From a virus (taxonomy: Duplodnaviria; Heunggongvirae; Uroviricota; Caudoviricetes), in IMG/VR virus record IMGVR_UViG_3300042922_001018: 64,000 nt of DNA; one strand, 5' to 3'. The translations under genes and the position numbers were made by a program. The notes below the pieces were generated by a model. It was not told the origin of the DNA. It made no database searches and saw nothing but the letters and a program-made list of their open reading frames with translations. Each line of letters starts with the position of its first letter. Position 1 is the first letter of the stretch. Positions 19,881-29,316 of the stretch are shown here, piece by piece.

Positions 19881-20360
19881 ATGGAGAAGGACGCACGTAT
19901 CGCACACGTCTGGGATGACATGGACCATCCTGCCGAAGCGTGGGCACTCGTCGCCGCGGCCGATAAGCGTTTCGCTTACAGCCTCGGTATGGCGGAAGCG
20001 GTCTCGCTTTTCGAAGCCATCGACACCGCGCTGGCCGCAGCGGTTCCTCAGAGCTATCTCGCCCTCTTGCTGGAGACGACGGACGACTGGAACGGAGCGG
20101 GCCTGATTGCTGAAGTGGCTGCCTCCGCGTATTCCTACAAGATGGACCCCGAGTACGTGCAAGCCGTCTATCTACTGGAGTATCGTTTCGACGACTGGAA
20201 GACGCTGAGCGAGCGCCTTGTAGAACTCTACCTCGGTGGTGTGCCCGCTGAGTACGCGAAGCAGACCGCGTCCGGGAGTCTCTACGTGGCTGACATCACT
20301 GCGGCGTGGCAAGCCGGTATCGCGTCAGAATACGTGGCTCCAATGGTAGGCCAGGAATGA
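19881..20360 (+). CDS. GxPxEY-repeat family protein
   Basis: MDPEY, GVPAEY, GIASEY. Confidence 0.75.
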   Translation: MEKDARIAHVWDDMDHPAEAWALVAAADKRFAYSLGMAEAVSLFEAIDTALAAAVPQSYLALLLETTDDWNGAGLIAEVAASAYSYKMDPEYVQAVYLLEYRFDDWKTLSERLVELYLGGVPAEYAKQTASGSLYVADITAAWQAGIASEYVAPMVGQE

Positions 20361-20387
20361 CCGTCCCGCTCATGGTAAGGTGAGAGG

Positions 20388-20876
20388 GTGACTGACGACC
20401 GGTTCGGTAAGCTCGAAAGAGAGCTTGTGTTCCCCGCGCTCACGATGAAGATGTACTTCGAGTTCGAAGAACGCCAGGGACGCGAGCTGGGTCCGGCAAT
20501 CGGCGCCCAGCTCATCGAAGCTATCGACTACGCGCTTGTCCACTCGAAGGCCGCGACAAGCTACCTGGAGCAACTCCTCGTCTGCTCAACTGGCGACTGG
20601 GGAACCTCCATGCTCGCTATGGGGACAGCACGCACAGCGTACCGTCATCGGATGGACCCCGAATACGTCATCGACATCATCCGATGCCCATTCGTGTCAA
20701 GCGGGCGGGACGAAGACGAACGGATAGAGAACCGTCTGCTCGCCCTGCATCATGCGGGAGTACCGAAAGAGTACGCCCTGTCGCTGCGTGTTGCGAGCCT
20801 GAGCGTAGAAGAAGTCGTCTCCGCCTGGCAGTCCGGCATCGCCGCTGAGTACGCAGTCGTCTCGATGGGCCGATGA
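20388..20876 (+). CDS. GxPxEY-repeat family protein
   Basis: MDPEY, GVPKEY, GIAAEY; paralog of upstream gene. Confidence 0.75.
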   Translation: MTDDRFGKLERELVFPALTMKMYFEFEERQGRELGPAIGAQLIEAIDYALVHSKAATSYLEQLLVCSTGDWGTSMLAMGTARTAYRHRMDPEYVIDIIRCPFVSSGRDEDERIENRLLALHHAGVPKEYALSLRVASLSVEEVVSAWQSGIAAEYAVVSMGR

Positions 20877-20877
20877 C

Positions 20878-21282
20878 ATGACCTCGTATCAAGAACGCAT
20901 CCGGTCTGAGTTCCCCGGCTTGTACTCCAGCTCGCTGGCGCGTGTCATCCAGGCCGAAACCGTCCCCGAAGACTACCTCCGCGTCTTGCTTCTCGACGCG
21001 GACGAGTTCTTCGACACGATGGTCATTGCTCTCGTAGCGCCGCAGTGCGCGGCGGCGGGAGTCCCAGCCGAGTATCTCCGTGACACCTGGCGGCTGCCTT
21101 TCTCCGGCGGTCAGGACGACGGCATGCCGGAACGACTCATCGAGCTCTATGCCGCCGGAGTACCCAGAGAATACGCGAGCCAGCTATCGCACCCGAGACG
21201 AGACGTAGGCGACATCATCTCTGCGTGGTCTGCGGGACTGGCGCCGGAGTACGCAGAAGAACTCTGGCGGGCAGTCGGTTAA
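20878..21282 (+). CDS. GxPxEY-repeat family protein
   Basis: VPEDY, GVPAEY, GVPREY, GLAPEY. Confidence 0.75.
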   Translation: MTSYQERIRSEFPGLYSSSLARVIQAETVPEDYLRVLLLDADEFFDTMVIALVAPQCAAAGVPAEYLRDTWRLPFSGGQDDGMPERLIELYAAGVPREYASQLSHPRRDVGDIISAWSAGLAPEYAEELWRAVG

Positions 21283-21752
21283 GCCGCGGCTGGGTCGGCG
21301 TACTTCGAGCGGTCGAGAGTACGGTGCTTGTCGCTCCGCCGGTTCACCCAGTTGGTGACGATAGTCCATGGCTGCTTCTTGTGCTCGCCGGGTCGCATGA
21401 CCATCACGATGTCGTCCTGGTTGCTTGACGGGTGCGGGACGCGGACAAGCAGCTTCGAGACTCGCCCTCCCGAAACAGACACCTCGATGACCTGGCATTC
21501 GCGCAGGTCTACCTTGTCCAGCTTCGGGATGTAGTTGTACCGGTCGTTCTCACGCTCTCGGTCGGCGTGGCCGGTGTATTCGCAGAAGATTTCACGCTGA
21601 GGCACAGTCACATTCGAGGGGATGCCGATGTCACGGTGATACGTGATTTCGTCGGCGGGCTTCTGGAACAGAGCGACCTCCGGCTGTGAGCCGACCTTGT
21701 TGTCGAAACGTCCGTCAGTCTGACGCCGGACATTGGCCTCGTTGAATGTCAT
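21279..21752 (-). CDS. Tagged-family protein; cargo possibly DUF4258/RelE-like RNase fold
   Basis: MTFNEANVRRQTDGRFDNKVGSQPEVAL; YTGHA..R and IVTNWVN...D.H.TL motifs. Confidence 0.75.
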   Translation of the reverse strand: MTFNEANVRRQTDGRFDNKVGSQPEVALFQKPADEITYHRDIGIPSNVTVPQREIFCEYTGHADRERENDRYNYIPKLDKVDLRECQVIEVSVSGGRVSKLLVRVPHPSSNQDDIVMVMRPGEHKKQPWTIVTNWVNRRSDKHRTLDRSKYADPAAA

Positions 21753-21759
21753 GCCGGAG

Positions 21760-21768
21760 TGTAGGCGG
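21760..21768 (-). promoter_or_regulatory. CCGCCTACA box
   Basis: Minus strand ccgcctaca-ctccggc-ATG(21752). Confidence 0.75.
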
Positions 21769-21806
21769 ACTTGCCAGGGGAAGCGTGTCCGTGTACTATC
21801 GGTGGC

Positions 21807-22268
21807 ATGTCTTCAGCCATGCGGTATCCCGGCACCCGAGGAACGGTCGAACAGTTCTTCACGCTCTGGTACAGCGTCCCGCAGCACTTCGCGGGGTTCG
21901 AGTCGCCCGAAGACATCATCACGCACCTGGCTAGTCTCGGCTTCGACATGCGACTCTACCGTCGTCGGCCATCCAAGAAGCTGGCACTGCACGAGAAGCA
22001 CGCGAACGGCATGCAGCTCAGCGTTCACGAGGGCGCGCGCCTCCTCGGCGTCTTCAGCAACGATGTGGAGTACACCCGGAAGTTCCTTACGGCGATGACC
22101 GACGACATGGTACTGATGGAGGCTAACGCCAACCTCCGACAGTTGCACCATGTCAGAGTCGAGCCGGGCTACGCTGCACGCCTCGGAAGCGCGGGCGTAG
22201 CCGCGCGCACCATCACTGCCATGTGGGCTGAGGGTGTGGCCGAAGAGTACGTTCTGGCAATCGCTTAG
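21807..22268 (+). CDS. GxPxEY-tail family protein
   Basis: TACTAT-N7-ATG; VEPGY...MWAEGVAEEYVLAIA. Confidence 0.7.
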   Translation: MSSAMRYPGTRGTVEQFFTLWYSVPQHFAGFESPEDIITHLASLGFDMRLYRRRPSKKLALHEKHANGMQLSVHEGARLLGVFSNDVEYTRKFLTAMTDDMVLMEANANLRQLHHVRVEPGYAARLGSAGVAARTITAMWAEGVAEEYVLAIA

Positions 22269-22903
22269 ACGATACCGTTCAGCGCGAAGTCGTCGCGATG
22301 GCGCCAATCCGCTGAAGTCTGGACATGGTTCGGACGGACCCACTTGGCTACGAGCTGCCCGAACTCCCCAGCGGGAATGCGCCCTGCCGAGCGCATGACG
22401 AAACCTTCAGAGGTCTGCGTGTCCTTTCCGCTCGCCTTCCATGCGTCAATCGCCGAGGCGGCATCCGAACCGCGGTACAGCACTGGCACCGTCTTCAGTC
22501 CGAGAAGTTCTGCCATCTCCGCAGTGGAATCCCAGTCGAGAAGGTCGCCCGAGTCATCCCACATCCCGAACACCAGGAAAATCGACTCCAGAGAGGCGTA
22601 CGCGACGCTACGACGCGCGTACAGGCTTTCCCCGGACACGCGCCACCCCTCGGGGATATCGTGCCGCACAGAGGCCCACAGCGCTTTGGCAGGGGAGTCC
22701 CACGGTTGGGACTTCGAGTCGAGGGAGCGGGCGTAGAAGTCATCGCTCATCATCGTGAGATTCCCGCCGTCCATCTTCTCCGTGACGACGTAGTCGGGGA
22801 GGCTCAGGAAGCTCTGGTAGGCCGTCGCAGACATGATGCGGTCATCGTTCGTCGCCCCTGGCGAGAACGGCAGATGCGAAGTCCGCGGGTACTTGGTGGC
22901 CAT
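22265..22903 (-). CDS. ATP-dependent RNA ligase family protein
   Basis: KYPRTSHLPFSPG, motif I TEKMDG, GE, EGFVMR, AKWVR. Confidence 0.88.
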   Translation of the reverse strand: MATKYPRTSHLPFSPGATNDDRIMSATAYQSFLSLPDYVVTEKMDGGNLTMMSDDFYARSLDSKSQPWDSPAKALWASVRHDIPEGWRVSGESLYARRSVAYASLESIFLVFGMWDDSGDLLDWDSTAEMAELLGLKTVPVLYRGSDAASAIDAWKASGKDTQTSEGFVMRSAGRIPAGEFGQLVAKWVRPNHVQTSADWRHRDDFALNGIV

Positions 22904-22963
22904 CCTTCGACCCTATCAGATTTGACGAGCGAAGGGAAGGGGTAACGCTGGTAGACTAGGCCC

Positions 22964-23455
22964 ATGCAGTTCGCATTCCCCGACGTTTTCGCGCCTATGT
23001 ACGCGACTCTTCTGGTGTGCGGTGTTATCGCTCTCGTCGGCACTGTCGTCGGCGTCATTGCCGTCCGGACGGCGGCGCCGATGGAGCAGGGCGTGAGGGC
23101 GACCCTTTCCACAGTCATCACGATTCTCCTTGCCGTCGTTGTGGCTGCCATCGTCAACCCGATGCTGGGTGACGCACAACGGAACACCCTCGAAACGGAA
23201 CAGCGCGATTGGGTGCAGTCCGAGTACAACATCACGCTGACCGATGAGCAGTTCGAGGCGCTGCGCTTCCCAGGCCTTGACCCTGGGGAAGGAACCGTTA
23301 CCTACGGCACAACGGAAGTGACGCAGTGGGACGCCCCGGTAACCGTCAAGCTCATCTCGGAGGACGGTCGATTCTCGGTTGTCATGGCGAATGGCTCGCC
23401 GCTGCCCGAAGAAGCACCGCCACCACCGAGTGACGAACCTGTGAGTGAGCCGTAA
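22964..23455 (+). CDS. Membrane protein, paralog of 27209..27661
   Basis: 2 TM + YNITL...YGTTEV...GSPLP; TAGACT-N6-ATG. Confidence 0.7.
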   Translation: MQFAFPDVFAPMYATLLVCGVIALVGTVVGVIAVRTAAPMEQGVRATLSTVITILLAVVVAAIVNPMLGDAQRNTLETEQRDWVQSEYNITLTDEQFEALRFPGLDPGEGTVTYGTTEVTQWDAPVTVKLISEDGRFSVVMANGSPLPEEAPPPPSDEPVSEP

Positions 23456-23458
23456 ACT

Positions 23459-23467
23459 CCGCCTACA
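23459..23467 (+). promoter_or_regulatory. CCGCCTACA box
   Basis: ccgcctaca-gccaggc-ATG(23475). Confidence 0.75.
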
Positions 23468-23474
23468 GCCAGGC

Positions 23475-24263
23475 ATGACCTTCGACTCATCTCAACATCC
23501 GCGCAACACGGACGGTAAGTTCTCTGAGAAGGTCGGTTCACAGGCCGAAGTATCGCTTCCGGCTGCCCAGAAGCCGGATACGCTCGTCCAAGATGTCAAG
23601 GACGCCTGGGATGAACGACACGCGAAGAAAGCCGACATCTCCTTCCGTATCGAAGAAGCAACCGCTGTCATGCGCTCCTCGCAATGGCACCCGGCCATGC
23701 CAGACATGGGCGACAGTCGTGAGAAAGACAAGTACCTCTCGGCGGAGTATCGACTAGCGGAAGCTCTCGCTGAACGTGACGCCAGCCGGATGCTCGTGGC
23801 TCGCGCTGTAGGTACAGCAGGGAAATCGACGGGAAGCGTTGAAGCGGGGGTTGTCGGCGGGACCGGTAATGCGCTCGCATCTCTCATCTCCCTGCCTCGC
23901 ACGCTGAAGATGTTCCGCCTGAAGCGGCTTGCGGCGCGGCATCCGGAGCTACGAGAGCTGGACGCAACTGTGAACTCGCGGCCGGAGACTCGACGCGAGC
24001 TTATCGACAGTCGCGCCGCCGCCTTCGCTCGCGAGAACGGCAGGCCGGACCCTGCGCAGTTCGCGGCCTGGCTGCGAGACTTCTACCGGCTGGACTTTCC
24101 CATGGACGCGAACGCTACCCCGCAAGAGCGCGCAGTTCGCCGGGACGCAGAGCTGACCCGCGCCAACGTCCTTCCCGCTGCGCGTGAGGCGTACTTGTCG
24201 AATGACCCGCAGCGGTACATCGACGGCCTTGACCCCCGGAGGACGGACCTCAACCAGTGGTAG
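23475..24263 (+). CDS. Tagged-family protein
   Basis: MTFDSSQHPRNTDGKFSEKVGSQAEVSL. Confidence 0.85.
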   Translation: MTFDSSQHPRNTDGKFSEKVGSQAEVSLPAAQKPDTLVQDVKDAWDERHAKKADISFRIEEATAVMRSSQWHPAMPDMGDSREKDKYLSAEYRLAEALAERDASRMLVARAVGTAGKSTGSVEAGVVGGTGNALASLISLPRTLKMFRLKRLAARHPELRELDATVNSRPETRRELIDSRAAAFARENGRPDPAQFAAWLRDFYRLDFPMDANATPQERAVRRDAELTRANVLPAAREAYLSNDPQRYIDGLDPRRTDLNQW

Positions 24264-24264
24264 A

Positions 24265-24273
24265 CCGCCTACA
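24265..24273 (+). promoter_or_regulatory. CCGCCTACA box
   Basis: ccgcctaca-ttcgggc-ATG(24281). Confidence 0.75.
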
Positions 24274-24280
24274 TTCGGGC

Positions 24281-24907
24281 ATGACTTTCAACCCGACCGA
24301 ACACCCGCGCGCGAACGACGGCAAGTTCGCCGAGAAGCTCGGCTCCGCCGCCGAGGTATCCCTCGATGCTGGTCCGGACTTCGAGAAGCTTGCCGCGAAG
24401 GCGAACCGCGCCGGGAAGCGCTCCGGCGACAAGCGTCTTGACATCACCGATGGTGACGCCGCCCTTGTCGAAGAGCTGACCGCAGCGCTGCGCGACCCTC
24501 GTGTCCCCGAGTCCGTGTTCGATGCAGCGGCGACGTTCGCCGAGCGGCTCGAAGATGCCAACTTCCACAGCGCTGTCCGCCGCCTGGACGCGGCGGTCGG
24601 TGAAGCTGCGTACCGTTCTGACCCGAGTGCTCCGGTCAAGAACCCGGCTGCTGTCATGCAGGCGTCTGCTGACATGGACCTTGTCCGCACGGCCGCTGAC
24701 CAGTACGGCTCTCGGATTCACCAGACCTACCTGGAGACACAGGACGCGGCTACCGCTGCTGAATGGGCGCAGGAGCGTATCGACAACAATCTGGTCTTCA
24801 ACCCGAACCTGGATGAGGAACTTGCTCGCGAGCTTCACGGGCGAGTAACCGGCTGGCGCCGCAGCGAACTTCTGGCGAACCCGAGCCTGCCCGCAGACCT
24901 TCGCTGA
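24281..24907 (+). CDS. Tagged-family protein, helical
   Basis: MTFNPTEHPRANDGKFAEKLGSAAEVSL; C-terminal NPxL (LRV-like) repeats. Confidence 0.85.
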   Translation: MTFNPTEHPRANDGKFAEKLGSAAEVSLDAGPDFEKLAAKANRAGKRSGDKRLDITDGDAALVEELTAALRDPRVPESVFDAAATFAERLEDANFHSAVRRLDAAVGEAAYRSDPSAPVKNPAAVMQASADMDLVRTAADQYGSRIHQTYLETQDAATAAEWAQERIDNNLVFNPNLDEELARELHGRVTGWRRSELLANPSLPADLR

Positions 24908-24929
24908 GCTGCGCGCACACGGGCATCCA

Positions 24930-24938
24930 CCGCCTACA
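24930..24938 (+). promoter_or_regulatory. CCGCCTACA box
   Basis: ccgcctaca-tccgggc-ATG(24946). Confidence 0.75.
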
Positions 24939-24945
24939 TCCGGGC

Positions 24946-25998
24946 ATGACTTTCGACTCCGCTGCTCACCCCCGCGCTACCGATGGCACCTTCGCTGAGA
25001 AGGTAGGCGCAAGCCCCGAAATCGCGTTGCCACAGGACGAAGGTCTCCACGTCATCGGGCTACCGCGCGATGAAGGCATGGGCATCATCTACACCGACCT
25101 CGACGTTCTCCAGTACGCGAAGGACTACTACGAAGAGGACTGGGAGACCAGCGAAGACCGCGAAGCCATCCTTGCTGAGCGCCGTGACGAGTACCTGACG
25201 TACCGCCAGACGACCAATGGCATCGAGGAAGCCGCTCGCTACTTCAACTCCGGTGCCAAGGAGACCGTTCTGGACGGCGATGAAGAAGTGGAACTCGCAG
25301 ACCTGCCCGCTACCGTCCGCCACAACGCTATCGAAGCGGCGCTCGCCGTTGAGGCAGACGACGTGGAAGGCATCCGCGCCATTTACGCGCTCGGCGAGAA
25401 CGCTTCCGACGAATGGAACGACCACGAGTTCGGCGGCGAACTGGCCGACATCATCGGGACGAAGATTCTCACCGACCCGCTGAAGCTCCCCCGCGACGAT
25501 GAAGGACGCCCGGTCTATGACTTCGAAGGCGTAGCCCAGCGCGAGAAGTACCACCGTGCCGCGAAGGCATCCCTGGAGGTGCTTGCATCGGGCGCGAAGA
25601 TTCCTGCGAACCTTGACCACTGGGGACGTGTGTACTGGGCCGCTGAAGAGAAGCGTACTCCCGCTGAACTTGCGAAGGTACTCCTCACCGAGTCCGAAGG
25701 CGAGTTCGCTCGCGTCATCCTCGACCACAAGAAGGTCACGCCTGAGATGGTCACGTACGCCGCCCGCTCGAACGATGGTGCCGTACAGCACGCCGTTATC
25801 CAGCACCCGAAGGTCACAGCCGCCGCTCTCCGGGAGGTGCAGGCTCGCGTCGAACGCGACTACGCTCACGCCACCGACCCGCTGAACGCGTGGGGCACGA
25901 TGAAGTCGTACTACGACCAGTCGGCCGCGCAGGCATCACGCTTCATGGGCTACATCTCGGATGCACGTGGGCGTCTCGGCGCCGACGGCGCATGGTAA
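24946..25998 (+). CDS. Tagged-family protein with helical-repeat C-terminal domain
   Basis: MTFDSAAHPRATDGTFAEKVGASPEIAL. Confidence 0.85.
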   Translation: MTFDSAAHPRATDGTFAEKVGASPEIALPQDEGLHVIGLPRDEGMGIIYTDLDVLQYAKDYYEEDWETSEDREAILAERRDEYLTYRQTTNGIEEAARYFNSGAKETVLDGDEEVELADLPATVRHNAIEAALAVEADDVEGIRAIYALGENASDEWNDHEFGGELADIIGTKILTDPLKLPRDDEGRPVYDFEGVAQREKYHRAAKASLEVLASGAKIPANLDHWGRVYWAAEEKRTPAELAKVLLTESEGEFARVILDHKKVTPEMVTYAARSNDGAVQHAVIQHPKVTAAALREVQARVERDYAHATDPLNAWGTMKSYYDQSAAQASRFMGYISDARGRLGADGAW

Positions 25999-26007
25999 AC
26001 TAGAGAG

Positions 26008-26736
26008 ATGGACCTTTCCGCACTACACCGAGTTCGAGAGGAAGCCGAAAACGGCTCCGTCTCTGGTGATGCTGCGAAGGACGCTATTCTCGCCGTCATG
26101 TTCGGTACGGCTGATGACGTGGCGCTCTTCCAGGCTGCTCTCGCTGCTGCCGACGCGGCCGACTCCGCAGGAGACACGAACGTTGCCCGCGCGCTTCGAG
26201 ACGGTGTGAAAGCGAAGGCTGACCTGGATTACCGCACGCTCGCTAAGGGCGATGACGGTGAGTACATCTGGCCGGTGAAATCTTCAGACTCCCGTGAGGA
26301 GTCGGCGGTCGCCGTTCGCGCGCTTGCTGCCGAAGCGGGCGAATACATCAAGGCCCACGAGCGTGAACGCATCACCTGGGCGTACGATGACGACCGCACT
26401 GTCGCTGAACTCAGCGCCGTACTGATGAACGAGTTCAGTGCCGAGTTCTACCGTGCGGTTCTCCTCCGCGATGACTGCACGCCGGAGATGGTGGACTACT
26501 GCTCCTACCACCCAAGCATCTCCGTCATCCACTCTGTCGCCGTCCACCCTGCTGCGGGCGAGGCCACGCTTCGTCGCATTGAGGGCATGGCTTTGCATGA
26601 GGCGGATGAGGCGGAGACTGCTGGACAGTCGGCAGAAGGCGACACGTTCCTGTCTCTGGAGCAGAAGGAAGCTGCGGCCCGTGCTCTCGTGTACGCCGCA
26701 CGGATGAACCGCATGCGCCGTTTCGGTATTGCCTGA
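26008..26736 (+). CDS. Untagged paralog of the C-terminal domain of 24946..25998
   Basis: RTVAELSAVL..EF...TPEMV.Y...HP....LR shared; TAAACT-N6-ATG. Confidence 0.75.
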   Translation: MDLSALHRVREEAENGSVSGDAAKDAILAVMFGTADDVALFQAALAAADAADSAGDTNVARALRDGVKAKADLDYRTLAKGDDGEYIWPVKSSDSREESAVAVRALAAEAGEYIKAHERERITWAYDDDRTVAELSAVLMNEFSAEFYRAVLLRDDCTPEMVDYCSYHPSISVIHSVAVHPAAGEATLRRIEGMALHEADEAETAGQSAEGDTFLSLEQKEAAARALVYAARMNRMRRFGIA

Positions 26737-26774
26737 GCGATTGCGTTCTGGTACGCTGGGGTACGGAGGACATC

Positions 26775-26939
26775 ATGGCTCACACGTTGAAGCGTTCTGA
26801 CAAGCACATGGCACAGGAGTGCCGCTACGGCTGCTGCACCGAAGTCTACGGCAAGGGCATCAAGCTCACGCGGCGTCGCGTGAAGCGCGTGAGCGAGGGC
26901 CAGTTCAAGCGCGAGCTGCGTTCCGGCGTTCTCGGATGA
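26775..26939 (+). CDS. Small basic Cys-containing protein (54 aa)
   Basis: SD ggagga; MAHTLKRSDKHMAQECRYGCC...; ATGA overlap with next ORF. Confidence 0.6.
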   Translation: MAHTLKRSDKHMAQECRYGCCTEVYGKGIKLTRRRVKRVSEGQFKRELRSGVLG

Positions 26940-27187
26940 GCCGTCCGAAGAAGACGGCCAATCTCGAATCGGCGGAGCGTTTTGCGCGCCGCCACAGGTT
27001 CTACATCCACGCCGACGGTCGCCGGATGCCCATTCTCGTTCGGTCCAGCTCCGGACTCTCGGCTACAGCGCATGTACGCGCTCGCGCGGAGCGTCTGCGA
27101 CTCATTCTCGGGCCACCGCTCCCAACCCCTGACGAACCCACGCGACGGAAGCCAGTACGGCGCAGAATCCTGCCACCTCCGCGGTAG
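26936..27187 (+). CDS. Small basic hypothetical protein
   Basis: ATGA coupling; MSRPKKTANLE. Confidence 0.45.
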   Translation: MSRPKKTANLESAERFARRHRFYIHADGRRMPILVRSSSGLSATAHVRARAERLRLILGPPLPTPDEPTRRKPVRRRILPPPR

Positions 27188-27208
27188 CCTCCTGGTAGGC
27201 TAGGTCGC

Positions 27209-27661
27209 ATGGTCACCGCCTTCATCAACCCGCAAGTGTTCACTATCGCCGGTATCATCGCGGTCATCCTGACAGCTACGGCGGTGATGCTCGTCAAGCG
27301 AGCGCGACGACCGAAGAGGTTCTCTTGGAAGGTCGAAGCGGCTCTCGGTGTGCTCGTCCTCGCCTCCGGCTGGCTGGTAAGCACCGTCACGTTCAACATC
27401 CAGACCGGCCTCATGAACAGCGCCCGACAGGCGTCCATCGAGGAGACGTACGGCATCAAGCTCGGAAGCGACGGTCTTGCAGACCTGAAAGCTCCCCGCG
27501 GCGCGCCCCCGGCGCCGGAGGAGGGCAAGTTTACGAGCTTCGGTGTCACCCAGGTCGTTCACGAGCGCCAGGTCTTGACTATTTTCCTGTCCTGGGACGG
27601 CGAACAGTTTGAGCTTCGTGATGAAGACGGAGAGCCGCTGCCGAAGGTACAGGCAGAGTAA
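27209..27661 (+). CDS. Membrane protein, paralog of 22964..23455
   Basis: 2 TM + YGIKL...FGVTQV...GEPLP; TAGGCT-N7-ATG. Confidence 0.7.
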   Translation: MVTAFINPQVFTIAGIIAVILTATAVMLVKRARRPKRFSWKVEAALGVLVLASGWLVSTVTFNIQTGLMNSARQASIEETYGIKLGSDGLADLKAPRGAPPAPEEGKFTSFGVTQVVHERQVLTIFLSWDGEQFELRDEDGEPLPKVQAE

Positions 27662-28198
27662 CTAGGCTGGGATGTACCGGCCGGTGACCTCGAAGGTCTG
27701 ACCGGTCAACGGCGCGAGAGCCGCAATCCATCGAGCCGCGGTGTGCTCTCCCGGCTGGATGTACGCCAGCGTGACGTGCGGCGTGTACGCCGGGAAGCAG
27801 TCGATGTGAGGCAGCAAGCGCAGCCGGTCATGGCCTTCCTCCAGGTTCGCGGTGACCACGAGCTTCGCTACGACACAAGAGAACTCAGGGGTCGGGAAGA
27901 CGTGGATACGCTCGACTGTCACCGGCTCCGGTGTCCACCCCTCCAGCACACGGTCCACGTGGGCAGCGGGCACGGTCTCCAGAATGCCCTGATGCAGGGT
28001 GAGATGCGCGGAGGTCTCCGCCACCGCGCCCTGCGCGTACCGTGTCTTGTGCGTCGTCCCGAAGAACAGCTCGTCCGGCCCGTCGATGTAAGCGCTGACC
28101 GGGATGTTCGCAACATCCAACATGATGGCATCCAGGCTGTATAGGTCGATGCCGACCTCAGGGTAGATGTCTTCGTGGTCGAACGCAGAGAACGTCAT
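27662..28198 (-). CDS. 2H phosphoesterase (Acb1/T4 57B-like)
   Basis: Two HxT motifs: AHLTL and FPAYTPHVTLAY. Confidence 0.82.
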   Translation of the reverse strand: MTFSAFDHEDIYPEVGIDLYSLDAIMLDVANIPVSAYIDGPDELFFGTTHKTRYAQGAVAETSAHLTLHQGILETVPAAHVDRVLEGWTPEPVTVERIHVFPTPEFSCVVAKLVVTANLEEGHDRLRLLPHIDCFPAYTPHVTLAYIQPGEHTAARWIAALAPLTGQTFEVTGRYIPA

Positions 28199-28235
28199 GC
28201 GCTCATCATAGCGCAGAAATCACTGCCGCGCACAT

Positions 28236-29267
28236 TCAGCGGGCGTCGAACCCTTCGACGCGCTTCACGTAATCCTGGTAGTGCGATGCCTGTGTCTCGG
28301 TGAGCTTCGAGAGGTCAACACGCTTCGTCATGCCGCCCCAGCCATCCGGCACGTCACGTACGGCGCCGGGGACCGTGAGAAGCTGCTGCTTGAACTCGGT
28401 GAACCCGGCCTCGACCTCTTCCGGTGTCGCCTGCCAACCCAGGTCGTAGACCGACTGGTAGTTGATACGGGGAGCCTGCGTGAATGTGGAGCCAGGCTTG
28501 AAGTCGCCGCTCAGCTCTACCGCGGGGACATTCCGGATGCGCTCGAAGGACTGGTCATCCCCACGGTCGCGAGCGACCTCCAGAGCCTTCTGGACGGCCT
28601 CTTCGCGCTGGTCGAGTGGGAACACCCAGTCGTTCACAGGACGGCCGTCTGGGGTCTTGTAGCGCGAGACAGACTCGATACCGAGTGCCGTGCTGCCGTG
28701 GTTACCGCCCATGCCGTACGTGCTCACCGCATACACCGGCTCTTCCGCCTTCGTCCAGACCTCGTCGCCGAGAACGAAGAGCTGGTTCGCACGAGTCTGA
28801 ATGTCCATCGCTACGCCCGCGGGAGTTCCCTCATCGGAGTAGGGGCCGCGCCAGCCGCCTTCGAACATGCTCTTGATGTCGTCCGCCGAGGTCTTCGACT
28901 TCACGTACAGCTCGCCGTTGTGAACGCGGTACTCGCCCGGCGTGAACTGGTCACCGTTGAACGAGATGGCGACCGGCGCGTCGTCGTCGCCGAGAATGGA
29001 GACAGTAGCCTCCAGGTCAATCGTGCGTTCGATGTCACGCGGCTTGCGAGCGCGGGGCGGGATGACATTGCGTTCCGTCCAGTTGACGGTCAGCGGGACA
29101 ATCAGTTCCGGCTCGTATGGGCCACCGAGGGAGAGTTCCGGAGCTTGTGGACGGTCCCCGTCCACTGCGCGCAGCGATTCGCTAAGCGATATCTCTGCCG
29201 CCGACCCCTGCTTCTCCGAGAAGCGGCCGATGGTGTCGCGCTGGATGTTGGTCTCGTTGAACGTCAT
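28236..29267 (-). CDS. Tagged-family protein
   Basis: MTFNETNIQRDTIGRFSEKQGSAAEISL. Confidence 0.85.
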   Translation of the reverse strand: MTFNETNIQRDTIGRFSEKQGSAAEISLSESLRAVDGDRPQAPELSLGGPYEPELIVPLTVNWTERNVIPPRARKPRDIERTIDLEATVSILGDDDAPVAISFNGDQFTPGEYRVHNGELYVKSKTSADDIKSMFEGGWRGPYSDEGTPAGVAMDIQTRANQLFVLGDEVWTKAEEPVYAVSTYGMGGNHGSTALGIESVSRYKTPDGRPVNDWVFPLDQREEAVQKALEVARDRGDDQSFERIRNVPAVELSGDFKPGSTFTQAPRINYQSVYDLGWQATPEEVEAGFTEFKQQLLTVPGAVRDVPDGWGGMTKRVDLSKLTETQASHYQDYVKRVEGFDAR

Positions 29268-29274
29268 GCCCAGA

Positions 29275-29283
29275 TGTAGGCGG
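29275..29283 (-). promoter_or_regulatory. CCGCCTACA box
   Basis: Minus strand ccgcctaca-tctgggc-ATG(29267). Confidence 0.75.
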
Positions 29284-29316
29284 AGATGTAACCCAGATAG
29301 GCTCCGCCTAGGCCGG

